Source of the DNA: Candidatus Eiseniibacteriota bacterium
GTDB taxonomy: Bacteria; Joyebacterota; Joyebacteria; Joyebacterales; Joyebacteraceae
Assembly: GCA_030595835.1 (NCBI GenBank)
Contig: JAUVLG010000005.1
Location: forward strand, 1 to 57,336
Direction of reading: 5' to 3'
Length of the DNA stretch: 57,336 nt
Shown here: piece after piece, positions 16,819 to 27,800 of the stretch
How the letters are laid out: every line of letters starts with the position of its first letter
Numbering within the stretch: position 1 is the stretch's first letter
Position numbers and translations under genes: made by a program
Notes under the pieces: model-generated
Seen by the model: only the letters and a program-made list of their open reading frames with translations
Databases searched by the model: none
Told to the model about the DNA's origin: nothing

Positions 16819-19800
16819 CTAGAGGTTATCAGAGTCAGCGAACTCCTTCAACACCTTTCTACCCAACCGCAGAGCCTCTCTCCTGCCCCGGGGCGACGCG
16901 AATCTCACCGTAAGCCCCGCCGTCGCGTCGAACTCCAGGGCCGTCTTACACGTCTTCAGGACCGCGCGCAGGCGACCCGGCTTCGGCTCAGAACCCGGCG
17001 CAAACTCCGCCTCCACGATCCCGCCCGTCAGACATATCCGCTTCACACCCGCGCTCTCACACACCACTCTCAGCGCCTGGACGTCCAGAAGCCCCCCAAC
17101 CTCCGGCGGCAGCTTCCCGAATCTGTCGGAGAGCTCACTCGCCAGCGCGTCGACGGCGCCGAGGTCACCCGCGTCCCGGATCCTCTTATAGATGTCTATC
17201 TTCATGTCGTTGTCGGCGATGTAGGAATCTGGAATATATGCATCCACCTTGATGTCTATAGACGCTTCGTGTTTCTCAACGACTGCCTCTCCCTTCAGCT
17301 CCTTGACGGCCCTTCTCAGCAGCTTCGCGTAGAGATTGAACCCCACGGCCAGCATGTGACCGTGCTGTTCCGCACCCAGGATATTGCCGGCGCCCCTGAT
17401 CTCAAGATCCCGCATCGCAAGCTTGTACCCGGACGAGAGGTCGGTGAACTCCTGGATAGCAGCGAGGCGGCGGCGCGCGATGGCTGTTATGCCGCGGTCG
17501 CGCGGTATCAGGAGATATGCGTAGGCCCGGTGGTTGGAGCGTCCCACGCGCCCGCGCAGCTGGTAGAGCTGGGCAAGCCCGAAGCGGTCCGCCCTGTTTA
17601 TGATGATCGTATTGACGTTCGGTATGTCCAGACCGGACTCGATGATCATGCTGCAGACCAGGACGTCAATCTGCCCCTCGAGGAACTTCATCATCACGGT
17701 CTCGAGCTGTCGCTCCGCCATCTGCCCGTGCCCCACGTCGATTATGAACCCCGGGAGGAGCCCCCTGAGGTAGGTTGCCATGCCCTCGATCGTCTCCACA
17801 CGGTTGTGCACGAAGTAGACCTGGCCGCCCCGGTCCATTTCACGGAGAACGGCCTCGACGATCAGGTCCGCGTCGAAGGCCGCGATCTCCGTCCGAACAG
17901 GGAGGCGGTCTCTCGGTGGCGTGTTGATGATCGACATGTCGCGGGCGCCGACCAGCGACATGTGAAGCGTGCGCGGTATCGGGGTCGCCGTCATCGTGAT
18001 GACATCGACCGACTTACTCATCTTTCGGATGCTCTCTTTGTGCAGGACGCCGAACTGCTGCTCCTCATCCGTGACCAGAAGCCCGAGGTCGTGGAACTTG
18101 ACGTCCTTTTGCACGAGCCGGTGTGTGCCGATGATGATGTCGACCTTGCCGTCGGCGACGCGCTCGAGGACCTGTTTCTGTTCCTTGGCCGTGCGGAACC
18201 TTGACAGAACGTCGATCTCGACCGGATAGTCGGCCAGGCGGTCACTGAACGTTGTGAGGTGTTGCTGCGCGAGAATCGTCGTGGGTACGAGCACGGCCAC
18301 CTGCTTGCCGTCCATCACCGCCTTGAACGCCGCACGGATCGCGACCTCCGTCTTCCCGAACCCGACGTCCCCGCACACGAGCCTGTCCATGGGACGATCG
18401 GACTCCATGTCGCGCTTGATCTCTTCGGTCGCCCTCAGCTGGTCCTCGGTCTCCTCGTAGATGAACGAGGCCTCGAGCTCCTGCTGCCACACGACGTCCT
18501 TGCCGAACGCATGTCCGGGACGTGCCTTCCGCGACGCGTAAAGCCCGAGCAGCTCCCGGGCGAGCTCGGCCACGGCCTTCTTGGCTTTCGTCTTTGCCTT
18601 CGTCCACGCGGCGCCGCCGAGCTTGTTGAGGCGAGGTTTGACGCCTTCCTTCCCGACGTACTTCTGGAGGCGGTCGATCTCATCGGACGGAACGTAGAGC
18701 TTCCCGCCCTCCGCGTAGTCGACCACGACGCAGTCGATCAGCCTTCCGTCTGCCTCGACGCGCGTCATACTCACGTACTCGCCGACGCCGTGGTTGATGT
18801 GCACCACGTAGTCGCCCTGGGCCAGCGCCTCGAAGCTCGATATGGGCGCTCCGCCGCGGAACTTCCGGCGCCTGCGCCTCCGGTATCTATCGAAAATATC
18901 GTGGTCCGTGTAGACGACCAGGCCGGCGTCCGGAAGCGCGAAGCCCTTTTCGAGGCTCCCAACCTCAAGAGCGACGTCGGTCGAGGCCTCTCCGAGGAGC
19001 TCGGACAGGCGCATGGCCTGTCCCTTGTTGTCACACATGATGAGAACGCGGTTGTCCCGCGCGAGCTCTCTCAGGCGCGTCCTGAGCAGCTCAAGATCGG
19101 AACCGAACGACTCCTGCAACCTGGTCTCGACCGTCCAGCGCTCGTGACCGTCGAGGTGCGCCGGCGCAACGAGCCCGGAACTGATGATCGGTCTCCTGCC
19201 CATCCTCTCCATGAGCCTGTCGAACGGAACGAGGAGCGATTCCGGCTCGCACAGCGGCGCCTGCTCCCTCTTCGCGAGGTATATCTCCGCCGCCTCCAGG
19301 GAGAGCAGACCGGCGCGATCCCAGACCTCATCCGAACGAACGATGAACACACCCGCCGTAGCGGGCAGGTGATCGATGAGCGTCTCCGTGTCCTTGTTGA
19401 TGGCGGGCAGGTACTGCTCGACGCCGTCGAAGTAGAACCGCGACTCCAGTCCGTTCAGCAGGTGATCCCTGTCCTCGGAGTCGCTCGGGTGGGCTTCGCG
19501 CAGGCGCTGCGCGATCTCACCGGTGCCCTCACTCGTCAGGACGACCTCACGCCTCGGAAGCACGGACGCCTCGTCGAGTCCCCGGATGGAGCGCTGAGTG
19601 TAGACGTTGAACTGCCGGATGGATTCTATGCGGTCGCCGTCGAGTTCGACTCTCAGCGGGTCATCGTATCCGAAAGGAAGCAGGTCGACGATGCCTCCGC
19701 GGACGCTGAAATCCCCGGAATCCTCAACCAGTCTGACGCGCTTGTAGCCGCGGTCGATGAGCGACCGGGAGAACGCTTGTAGATCGAGCGTCGCTCCAAC

Positions 19801-20235
19801 GGATAGCTTGTGCGTGACGTCGACCAGCAGGCGTTTGGAGAGCGTCGTCTGCATGACGGCCTTCGGCGTGGTGACGATAACGAGGGGCTCCCCGGCCGCC
19901 AGGCGCGAGAGCGTCAGCAGCCTCGACTCCGTGATGCTCGCGAGGGGGGAACGCCGCTCGTAGGGAAGGGTCTCCCACTCACTGAAGAGCTGGACCCCCT
20001 CCTCGCCGAGGAACGTGCCAAGGTCGTCACAGAGGTGCTCCGCGTCCGAGAAGGTCGGGGCTATCACCACCCAGACGCGCGGCAGCTCGGTCGCCAGCAC
20101 CGCCGCGAGGAGCGACTTCGAGGAGCCGAGCAGGCCGCTCACCCATAGCCTGCGCCGGCCACCCCTGATACTCTCGGCGATGTCACGGAACGCTGCCGTG
20201 TCGCGCGCTATGTCGACGATCCTGCGTCCGGGCAT
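16819..20235 (-). CDS. mfd: Transcription-repair coupling factor
   Basis: UvrB-like N-terminus (FSVRGGIVD), CarD/RID (GDYVVHINHGVG), MDRLVCGDVGFGKTEVA, DEEQQFG, TATPIPRTL, QLRGRVGRS, DLEIRGAGNILG, TRCF C-terminus. Confidence 0.97.
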   Translation of the reverse strand: MPGRRIVDIARDTAAFRDIAESIRGGRRRLWVSGLLGSSKSLLAAVLATELPRVWVVIAPTFSDAEHLCDDLGTFLGEEGVQLFSEWETLPYERRSPLASITESRLLTLSRLAAGEPLVIVTTPKAVMQTTLSKRLLVDVTHKLSVGATLDLQAFSRSLIDRGYKRVRLVEDSGDFSVRGGIVDLLPFGYDDPLRVELDGDRIESIRQFNVYTQRSIRGLDEASVLPRREVVLTSEGTGEIAQRLREAHPSDSEDRDHLLNGLESRFYFDGVEQYLPAINKDTETLIDHLPATAGVFIVRSDEVWDRAGLLSLEAAEIYLAKREQAPLCEPESLLVPFDRLMERMGRRPIISSGLVAPAHLDGHERWTVETRLQESFGSDLELLRTRLRELARDNRVLIMCDNKGQAMRLSELLGEASTDVALEVGSLEKGFALPDAGLVVYTDHDIFDRYRRRRRRKFRGGAPISSFEALAQGDYVVHINHGVGEYVSMTRVEADGRLIDCVVVDYAEGGKLYVPSDEIDRLQKYVGKEGVKPRLNKLGGAAWTKAKTKAKKAVAELARELLGLYASRKARPGHAFGKDVVWQQELEASFIYEETEDQLRATEEIKRDMESDRPMDRLVCGDVGFGKTEVAIRAAFKAVMDGKQVAVLVPTTILAQQHLTTFSDRLADYPVEIDVLSRFRTAKEQKQVLERVADGKVDIIIGTHRLVQKDVKFHDLGLLVTDEEQQFGVLHKESIRKMSKSVDVITMTATPIPRTLHMSLVGARDMSIINTPPRDRLPVRTEIAAFDADLIVEAVLREMDRGGQVYFVHNRVETIEGMATYLRGLLPGFIIDVGHGQMAERQLETVMMKFLEGQIDVLVCSMIIESGLDIPNVNTIIINRADRFGLAQLYQLRGRVGRSNHRAYAYLLIPRDRGITAIARRRLAAIQEFTDLSSGYKLAMRDLEIRGAGNILGAEQHGHMLAVGFNLYAKLLRRAVKELKGEAVVEKHEASIDIKVDAYIPDSYIADNDMKIDIYKRIRDAGDLGAVDALASELSDRFGKLPPEVGGLLDVQALRVVCESAGVKRICLTGGIVEAEFAPGSEPKPGRLRAVLKTCKTALEFDATAGLTVRFASPRGRREALRLGRKVLKEFADSDNL

Positions 20236-20287
20236 GTAGTCGTCCTTATGCTAGAACCAATGCGGGTGGGCCGGGGGCCCCGCCGGC

Positions 20288-22435
20288 CTATCCGAATCGG
20301 GGTCGGGCCAGGAACATCTCCACGGCCAGAAGCGCGAGCGCGACGTAGAGAAACGCGCGCCAGAGTTCTCGCCCGTACCTCGCCCGCAGCACTTCCTCCC
20401 CGAGCCGCGCGCCGGGCTCTATGAACGTGCTGGGGAGCGGCGACAGAAACTCCACGACCTCGCTCCGCTCGGCCGGGGCGAGGTCGGATTCAAGCGGGTC
20501 CACGTTGACGGCCCCGAGCGCCACCGTCCGTCCGTCCGCGTGGAAGCGGTAAATCCCGGGTTCCGGGGCGCGCTCCACGACCGTGGAGGGAGCGCCCGTC
20601 GTCCTGAGTTCGGTCGTCAGTGTGCGCCCCGAAGGCAGATCCACCTCCACGCGTCCGACCGAGGATCCACCGAGCCCTGCTATGAGATCCTCACCGACGG
20701 TGACAGACCCGGGACGCGAGCTTGTCCGGGACAGCCGCTCGACCAGCCGGTGCATGAGTGGCACGATGAACCCGCTTCGCGGCAGGTCGCTCCAGGAGGA
20801 ATCGATGCCGGTCATCAGTGTGGCGACCTCGCCTCGGGGCAGCGCCGGGTGCACACCGCTGCCCGACGTTCCGCCGCCGGCGACTGCACGGTTGAGGACG
20901 AGCGCCGAACCAATACCCGGCAGCTCCAGGATCTCCTCGACCTCGGTCGCGCTCACATCGAAGGCGCGCCGCACCGCTATGTCGTCGATCAGACGCTCGC
21001 CGAACACGAGCCCCTCAAGCAGCGGATGCCCCTGCAGAGCGGGCGCCAGCCGCACACCCTCCGGGCGTTCCATTGGCACCCTGATCTCGATTCCCGTGAG
21101 TTCCGAAAGCGCTCCTTTGTTCCAAAAGCGGATGTCCGTTCGGTTCCCGAACACGATGAAGACGCCACCGCCGTCATCGACGTGTCGTCGCAGCCACCGC
21201 TCGGCGCCGTCGTCCAGTCTTCCCACATCGGCCAGGATGACCACCGGGAATCTGTCGTCGTCCTGGCGCGACACCGCATTCAGCGCTATCACGGAGACCG
21301 AGAACCTGTTGCTCTCGGTCGTCGGGTCCAGCGCCCGTTCAATGTAGTCGGCGTCATCGAGTCCCTGAGCGAGATCGGGCCGGACCACAAGAACCTCCGT
21401 CAGCCGTGCTGCCGGGATCACGAAGTAGAACCTGTTGTCGACGTCGAGTGCATCGGGTGGTAATTCGACCCAACCCTCGTGCCATTCGGACTCGTCGACC
21501 GTCACTGCGAAGCGCGCGACCGCTGACCCTCCGCGCTCGACGTCGATGCCCGCCTGTCCCGCCTGCTCCCCGTCGATGAAGAGCTTCACCAGAATCTCGC
21601 CGCTCCGCCGGCCGTAGTTGGACACACGCGCGCTGACAGAGTACAGACCCGCCGTGCCGCCGTACTTCCGCTCGATGACGGCGGATGAGAGCCCAAGGTT
21701 CGCGGTGGGACCGTCGAAGGATAGTAGATACGCACGAGGGCCATCGTCGCTTCCAGGGACCTCGCTCTCCGCGGCCTCCATCGTCTCAGGCGAGCGCACG
21801 CCGACGCGACGCGCCCAGCCGGTCCGCTGCAGGTCACCCAACACGTAGAGCTCGCAATTGAGATTCCTGGATCGGTCGAGCAGGCCGAGCGCGAGATCCA
21901 CCGCCCCCGAGTAATCGGTTGCAGCGTCCCTCGTCCCCATCGCGTTCACGGCCTCCAGCAGGACATCCGGACTGAATGTGCCCTCGCCGAGCACGGCGCG
22001 GGTCGGGTCGCCCGCCGCCACAAGGAACGCCTGGTCTCCGTCGTCGAGAAGGCCCGCGATCTCTGACGCGGCTGCCCGTGCGTCCGCGAAGAGGTCGCCG
22101 CCATCCGCCGCTCTCGTCATGCTCGCGCTGTCGTCGATGACAATGGCCACCGAGGTTCTGGCGTGCGCGCCAGCGCCGCCGGCGAGTGGCCCTTTGAGCG
22201 TGGGGCGGGCGAGCGCCAGCGCCGCCGCCAGTATGATGAGGCTCCGGACGATGAGCAGCAGGATCTGTCTGAGACGCACGCGTCTGATCCGCTTCCGCTC
22301 GAGCTCCTTGAGGAACCGAAGCGAGCTGAAATCGACCGTGGCGACGCGCCGGCGACTGATGAGATGGATCAGAAGCGGCAAGAGCGCCGCCAATGCCGCG
22401 AAGAGAAACGCGCCGTTCAGGAAGGTGAAATTCAC
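20288..22435 (-). CDS. BatA-domain / vWA membrane protein
   Basis: N-terminal BatA motif LPLLIHL..R....FSSL.FL....LALARP; vWA MIDAS-like DDSASM; CARDB-like and GATase-like segments; C-terminal ESDL and TM helix (ELWR..LALLAVE). Confidence 0.85.
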   Translation of the reverse strand: MNFTFLNGAFLFAALAALLPLLIHLISRRRVATVDFSSLRFLKELERKRIRRVRLRQILLLIVRSLIILAAALALARPTLKGPLAGGAGAHARTSVAIVIDDSASMTRAADGGDLFADARAAASEIAGLLDDGDQAFLVAAGDPTRAVLGEGTFSPDVLLEAVNAMGTRDAATDYSGAVDLALGLLDRSRNLNCELYVLGDLQRTGWARRVGVRSPETMEAAESEVPGSDDGPRAYLLSFDGPTANLGLSSAVIERKYGGTAGLYSVSARVSNYGRRSGEILVKLFIDGEQAGQAGIDVERGGSAVARFAVTVDESEWHEGWVELPPDALDVDNRFYFVIPAARLTEVLVVRPDLAQGLDDADYIERALDPTTESNRFSVSVIALNAVSRQDDDRFPVVILADVGRLDDGAERWLRRHVDDGGGVFIVFGNRTDIRFWNKGALSELTGIEIRVPMERPEGVRLAPALQGHPLLEGLVFGERLIDDIAVRRAFDVSATEVEEILELPGIGSALVLNRAVAGGGTSGSGVHPALPRGEVATLMTGIDSSWSDLPRSGFIVPLMHRLVERLSRTSSRPGSVTVGEDLIAGLGGSSVGRVEVDLPSGRTLTTELRTTGAPSTVVERAPEPGIYRFHADGRTVALGAVNVDPLESDLAPAERSEVVEFLSPLPSTFIEPGARLGEEVLRARYGRELWRAFLYVALALLAVEMFLARPRFG

Positions 22436-22463
22436 AGACTCTCCTTGCGTGTCCGTGCGAGCG

Positions 22464-23363
22464 CTACCCGAGCCTCTTGCGCTTCTCCAGATACGAGAAT
22501 AGCGCGCGATCGTACGGCGTCGATGTCAGGATAGGCACGTAGTCGATCCTGCTCTCGCCGCACTCTCGCCTCAGCGTTGCCTTCCAGCGTTCCACCGCGT
22601 CCACGTAGTCGCCCCGGATGGCGAACGGCTCCGTGGTCATAAGCTCGCCCGTTTCCATGTCGCGGAACGTCGCGTCCGCCTCGAACTGGAACTCTGCTTC
22701 CTTGGGATCGAGCACGTGGAAGACGATGACCTCGTGCTTCAGATGCCGGAAGTGCTTGAGTCCGGGGATTACGCGCTCGGGGTCGTCGAGCAGATCGGAT
22801 ATCAGGATCACGAGCCCGCGCCTCTTCACGCGCAGAGCCAGCTCGTGAAGTACGACACCGATGTCGGTCTCGGCAGAGGCCTCCGCCCGGTCGAGTTCCG
22901 CCAGCAGCAAGTGCAGCTGTCGTGGGCTCGATCTGGGAGCGATGAACTCGCGAACGGCGGAATCGAAGACCATGAGTCCGACGGAATCCTGCTGCTTGAG
23001 CATGAGGTAGATGAGCGCTGCCGAAAGATAGCGCGAGTACTCGAGTTTCGTGATGCCTTCGGAGCCGTACTCCATCGACCTGCTGGCGTCCAACAGGATG
23101 TAGCCCCGGAGGTTGGTCTCTTCCTCGTACTCCTTGATGTAGAGCCGGTCGGTCTTCCCGTAGACCTTCCAGTCGATGTGCTTGAGCGGGTCCCCGGGCA
23201 TGTACTGACGATGCTCGGCGAACTCGACGCTGAAGCCCTTGTATGGACTCCGGTGCATACCCGTGACGAAGCCCTCAACGACGAGGCGCGCGCGCAGCTC
23301 CATCGTCGCGAGCTTCGACACGACAACGGGATCGAGGAATCGTCTGTAGGACTCGTCGGGCAT
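22464..23363 (-). CDS. DUF58 (vWA-like) MoxR-associated protein
   Basis: G.HRSPYKGFSVEFAEHRQYMPGD..IDWK, YEEETN, LDASRSM, ISDL. Confidence 0.92.
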   Translation of the reverse strand: MPDESYRRFLDPVVVSKLATMELRARLVVEGFVTGMHRSPYKGFSVEFAEHRQYMPGDPLKHIDWKVYGKTDRLYIKEYEEETNLRGYILLDASRSMEYGSEGITKLEYSRYLSAALIYLMLKQQDSVGLMVFDSAVREFIAPRSSPRQLHLLLAELDRAEASAETDIGVVLHELALRVKRRGLVILISDLLDDPERVIPGLKHFRHLKHEVIVFHVLDPKEAEFQFEADATFRDMETGELMTTEPFAIRGDYVDAVERWKATLRRECGESRIDYVPILTSTPYDRALFSYLEKRKRLG

Positions 23364-23499
23364 CGTTGGTCTCCAGCGGGGTGCTTCTCCGGTCAGCGTT
23401 TGCCGCCGGCAGAACGTGCCCCGCGGTGCTCAGACACACGGCGCGGCGTTCACCGCGCCTGAACTCGCCCGCAGGGCACGCCCTGCCGGCCACGTACAG

Positions 23500-24510
23500 T
23501 TAGCCGGCGTCCTTCACCAGCCGATCGACGATGTCCGACGCGGACACGCCGTCGGCCTCGGCATTGAAGTTCGTGACGATGCGGTGACGCAGGACCGGCG
23601 GCGCGACCGCGTTGACGTCCTCGGTCTCGGGCGCGAACTTGCCCCGGAGGATCGCGCGGGTCTTGGCGCCCAGCACCAGATACTGCGACGCGCGCGGGCC
23701 GGCGCCCCAGCTGACCCAGTTCCGGATGTAGTCGGGCGAGCCGTCGGTCGGACGCGTACTCCGCGCAAGACGAATGGCATAGGCGAGAACGTGGTCCGGC
23801 ACGGGCACCCTGCGCACAAGCTTCTGGAGCTTGATGATATCGTCACCGGTCAGGATGGTCTTGAGGTCGGGCACGTAGGCGCTCGTGGTCGACTCGACGA
23901 TCTCCCGCTCTTCCTCCTCGCTCGGGTAGTCCACGTGGATGCTGAACATGAAGCGGTCGAGTTGCGCCTCTGGAAGCGGGTACGTTCCTTCGAGCTCGAT
24001 GGGGTTCTGCGTGGCCAGCACGAAAAACGGCAGGTCGAGCGGGTACGTGTTCCCTCCTGCCGTCACTTCCTTTTCCTGCATGGCTTGCAGCAGGGCGGCC
24101 TGGGTCTTGGGTGGAGTCCTGTTGATCTCATCGGCGAGCACGACGTTCGCAAACACCGGACCCTTGATGAACTTGAAGTTGCGGGCGTGGGTCGCGGGGT
24201 CTTCCTCGATGATGTCCGTCCCGGTGATGTCGGACGGCATGAGGTCGGGTGTGAACTGGATGCGCTTGAACTTGAGGTCTATGACGCCCGCGAGCGTGCT
24301 GACCATCAGTGTCTTCGCGAGACCCGGCACACCGATGAGCAGACAGTGCCCGTCCGCCAGTATGGCCATCAAGAGCTCGTCGATCACCCGGTTCTGCCCG
24401 ACTATCGCCTTCCGCACCTCCCCAAGAATCGCGTCTCGCGCGCTTGCCAGCGCCTCGATAGCTTCCAGATCTCCCTTCCCCTCACGGGGCAGTCCGCCTT
24501 CTGAACTCAT
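23500..24510 (-). CDS. moxR: MoxR-family AAA+ ATPase
   Basis: GHCLLIGVPGLAKT, RIQFTPDLMPSDITG, LADEINRTPPKTQAALL, ATQNPIELEGTYPLPEAQLDRF, WGAGPRA. Confidence 0.95.
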   Translation of the reverse strand: MSSEGGLPREGKGDLEAIEALASARDAILGEVRKAIVGQNRVIDELLMAILADGHCLLIGVPGLAKTLMVSTLAGVIDLKFKRIQFTPDLMPSDITGTDIIEEDPATHARNFKFIKGPVFANVVLADEINRTPPKTQAALLQAMQEKEVTAGGNTYPLDLPFFVLATQNPIELEGTYPLPEAQLDRFMFSIHVDYPSEEEEREIVESTTSAYVPDLKTILTGDDIIKLQKLVRRVPVPDHVLAYAIRLARSTRPTDGSPDYIRNWVSWGAGPRASQYLVLGAKTRAILRGKFAPETEDVNAVAPPVLRHRIVTNFNAEADGVSASDIVDRLVKDAG

Positions 24511-24803
24511 GGTCTTCCTCGTTTCCGGTGGGAGCAGTCGCAGCTCCCGGTTCCGTCGCAACGCGAATGGTATGGCATGAATGCACCTAGCCGCCGCGCC
24601 GGTCCCCTTGGAGGTCCCCGCGCCGCGGTTGTGCTGTTTGAGAATCCCGGACCACACGCATCCTAAGACACTTATGGTCCGGGTCAGTTTAGCAGGATAT
24701 GCCTGTCTCGTTCAAGGGCCGCTCGGAAGCGGATTCGCCTGCGAGCTCCTCGGGTGTATGATTGGATGCAGGTTATCTGACTTCTACGCGCTGGAGGTGA
24801 TTT

Positions 24804-27800
24804 GTGACCGCATTCTCCCACCGCACGCGCTCTGCTTTCGCCTCCATTCTGCTGGTGGTCGCTCTCGTCTGTGCAGGGGCTACCACCGGTGTGGCGCGCC
24901 CGCCCGAACCACCCGCCCAAGCCGGGCGTATCCCCCTGGCAATGGAGCAAGGTAGAGTCGCGGTCCCGAGCTGGGACTCACGGCCTTCGAGATCTGAGGG
25001 CGTGGCGGTGCACGGCCACGGACCGGACGAACTCCTACGCCGCACCCCTCCCGATTCCCTCATCACGGCCCTGATGGACTCCACGAGCCTGACCAGGATC
25101 GTCGGCACCATCCAGCGGCTTCAGGACTTCGGCAGCCGCTACGTGGTGGTCGATTCCTGCTGGGCGGCAGGCTACTGGATCCGGGACCGATTTGAGGAGT
25201 ACGGCTACGCCGATGTGCGCCTTGACACCTTTCGAACGATGTCGTTCCAGGACAGCGTCCCCGCCATGAACGTCATCGCCATCAAGGAGGGGACGACGCG
25301 ACCGTCCGAGTACGTTGTGCTGGGAGGACACTACGACTCTGTCAACGTGGAGAATTTCTACGACCCGTTCGCCGTTGCTCCCGGCGCCGACGACAACGCG
25401 ACCGCCGTGGCCGCCGTGCTTGAGGCGGCCCGCCTGCTCAAGGACGTGCCCACCGACCGGAGCATCATGTTCGCCTGCTGGTCCGCAGAAGAGGTGGGGC
25501 TGTGGGGCAGCCGGCACTTCGTCGCCGAGGCGGTCGAGGAATCGCTCGACATCGTCGTCTATCTCAATATGGACTGCCTCGGGTACATCGAGCCACCACC
25601 CAGTGAGGCTCCGGTGATCGTCTTCACCGACTCCCTCTCGTTCGCCATCGCCGGATACATGCAGACACTGGCGCACGCCCACACGCAGTACGAGCTTCAA
25701 ACCTGCGTCCGCCCCATTGGCGCGAGCGACCACACGAGCTTCTGGGAGGCCGGGTACAACGTCGTCGACATGGGCACAACTATCGCGTCGCCCTACCGTC
25801 ACACCGCCGAGGACATCCTCGACAACCTGGATCCCGACTTCGCACGGGCGCTTGCCGCGGTGAACGTTGCCGCCACGGCCGCCGTCGCCGGTGTGACCGG
25901 AGAGGACGCCAACCTGCCGCCCGAAACCGTGCGCGTCGCCAACTGTGCGGCGTCCGCATCACCGGTCACCATGCGGCCGACGTTCGAATGGGACGGAGTG
26001 GACTTCGATGGGAGCGTGGCCCGGTATGAGTACGCGGTCGAATCCGACATCGACACCAGGGACGGGGCACGCCGCGACCGGCCGCTCGATTGGACGCCGC
26101 TGCCCGCGCACCAGACGTCGTTGACGCTCGAGGATCTGAGTGAGGGCGCACACGTGCTCCACGTCCGCGCGATCGACGACAGGGACGTCGCGGACCCATC
26201 ACCCGTGGTTTATGTGTTCATCACGGACTCGTCGCTCAACCCTCTGCTCACCGTGGACCTGAACTTCCAGCCAGGGACACGGACGTTTGTCGGGCAATGC
26301 GCCGGAGACCGCACCCTTCCGGCCGTCGTCTATGAGAACGAGAGGCTTGTCTTCACGATCGTCGCCGATCCGTCCTCGTACTGCGGCTCGTCGGACTCGG
26401 TCGCGGTGGCCGTCGCGGACTCAGCGGCGTGGTCGGAATGGCACCGGTCACCGTACGAGTTCGTGCTGCGCCCCGGACCAGCGGACACGGTCGTGTTCCT
26501 GAAGACCCGCGATGAGAACGGCGCCGTCACCACCGGACGCGTGTCACTGCGCACCGTTCCCTCGCCCATGGACCGTCCCCTCCTGCGCGTGGACGACTGG
26601 TTTGTCAGCGAGGTTCCGGATGAAACCACACATGACGCGTTCTACAGCGATGTCCTCGCGGGTGAGAGCTGCGACGTCTGGGACCCGTTCGAGCACATCG
26701 AGAACTACGTGCCCACGCTGCCCCCGATGGAAGAGCTGGGTCGATACCGTACCGTGCTCTGGACACTGGACTGGCGAGGCGGGTTCCTCCGCCCGGTGCA
26801 AGCGGAAAGCAGTTATCACTACCTTGAGGGATTCGTGAGAGCGGGCGGGAACGTCATCCTGGAGGGGCAGTCCTCACTGTGGACGATGTGCGGCGCGGAC
26901 CAGTACCTGTACGAAACCACCTACGAACCCGGCGACTTCATCTTCGACCACGTCGGACTCGACAGCCTGAGAAACGCCGGAGTGGGCGCGAACGCATCGT
27001 ACCCTTCGGGGTACGGCTACGCGTTCCTGGGCGGGATCGCCACGGAGACCGGAGGCTTTCCCGACGTTCCGGTCGACACGCTGGGGAAGTGGGCCGACGG
27101 CTACCAGGCTTACGGCGGCCTTCCATACTGCGAGGTCGTGCGACCGCTCGAGCAGACACGAACGCTCTACCTCTTCGACTCGCACATCAATCCTGATTTG
27201 AGCGAGCGTCCGTGTGCCACGGTGCGGTACCCCGACGACGGGACCGGCACCTTCGCCTACTTCGGGTTCCCCCTCTACTACCTACAGACCGACCCCGCCA
27301 AGGAGATGCTGGGGCTGCTGCTCGACTCGATGGAGAGCTGGCAGGAGCCGGCCGCACTGTCCTCCTTCGTCTGGGAAGCGGCGCCGGACTCCGTCACGCT
27401 GTCTTGGTACCTGATGCCAGCCGGCGGTCCCCTGGGGTGCAGTCTCGAGCGGACGGCAGGCAACGGCTCCGACGAATACCACGCACTCAGCGACAGCCTC
27501 CTGCGACCAGGTGCCGACGGACGATACCGGTTCGTCGATGGATGGGTCGCGGCGTCAACGACATACTCGTACCGCCTCGTCGTCTCCGAGCAGTGGGGCG
27601 TGACCACGATGCACGGTCCGTGGGAGATCCAGACGCCCAGCTCGCGAGTCTCCCCGTGGCTGGAAGACCCCAGGCCTAATCCTTTCTCAGAGACACTCAG
27701 CCTCCACTACGGCGGCCCGGCGGATCACGGGCGGGTGTGGGTAGGCGTGTTCGATGTCGCAGGCAAGCTGGTAAGAGCGCTGCACGAGGGAACGGCCCGG

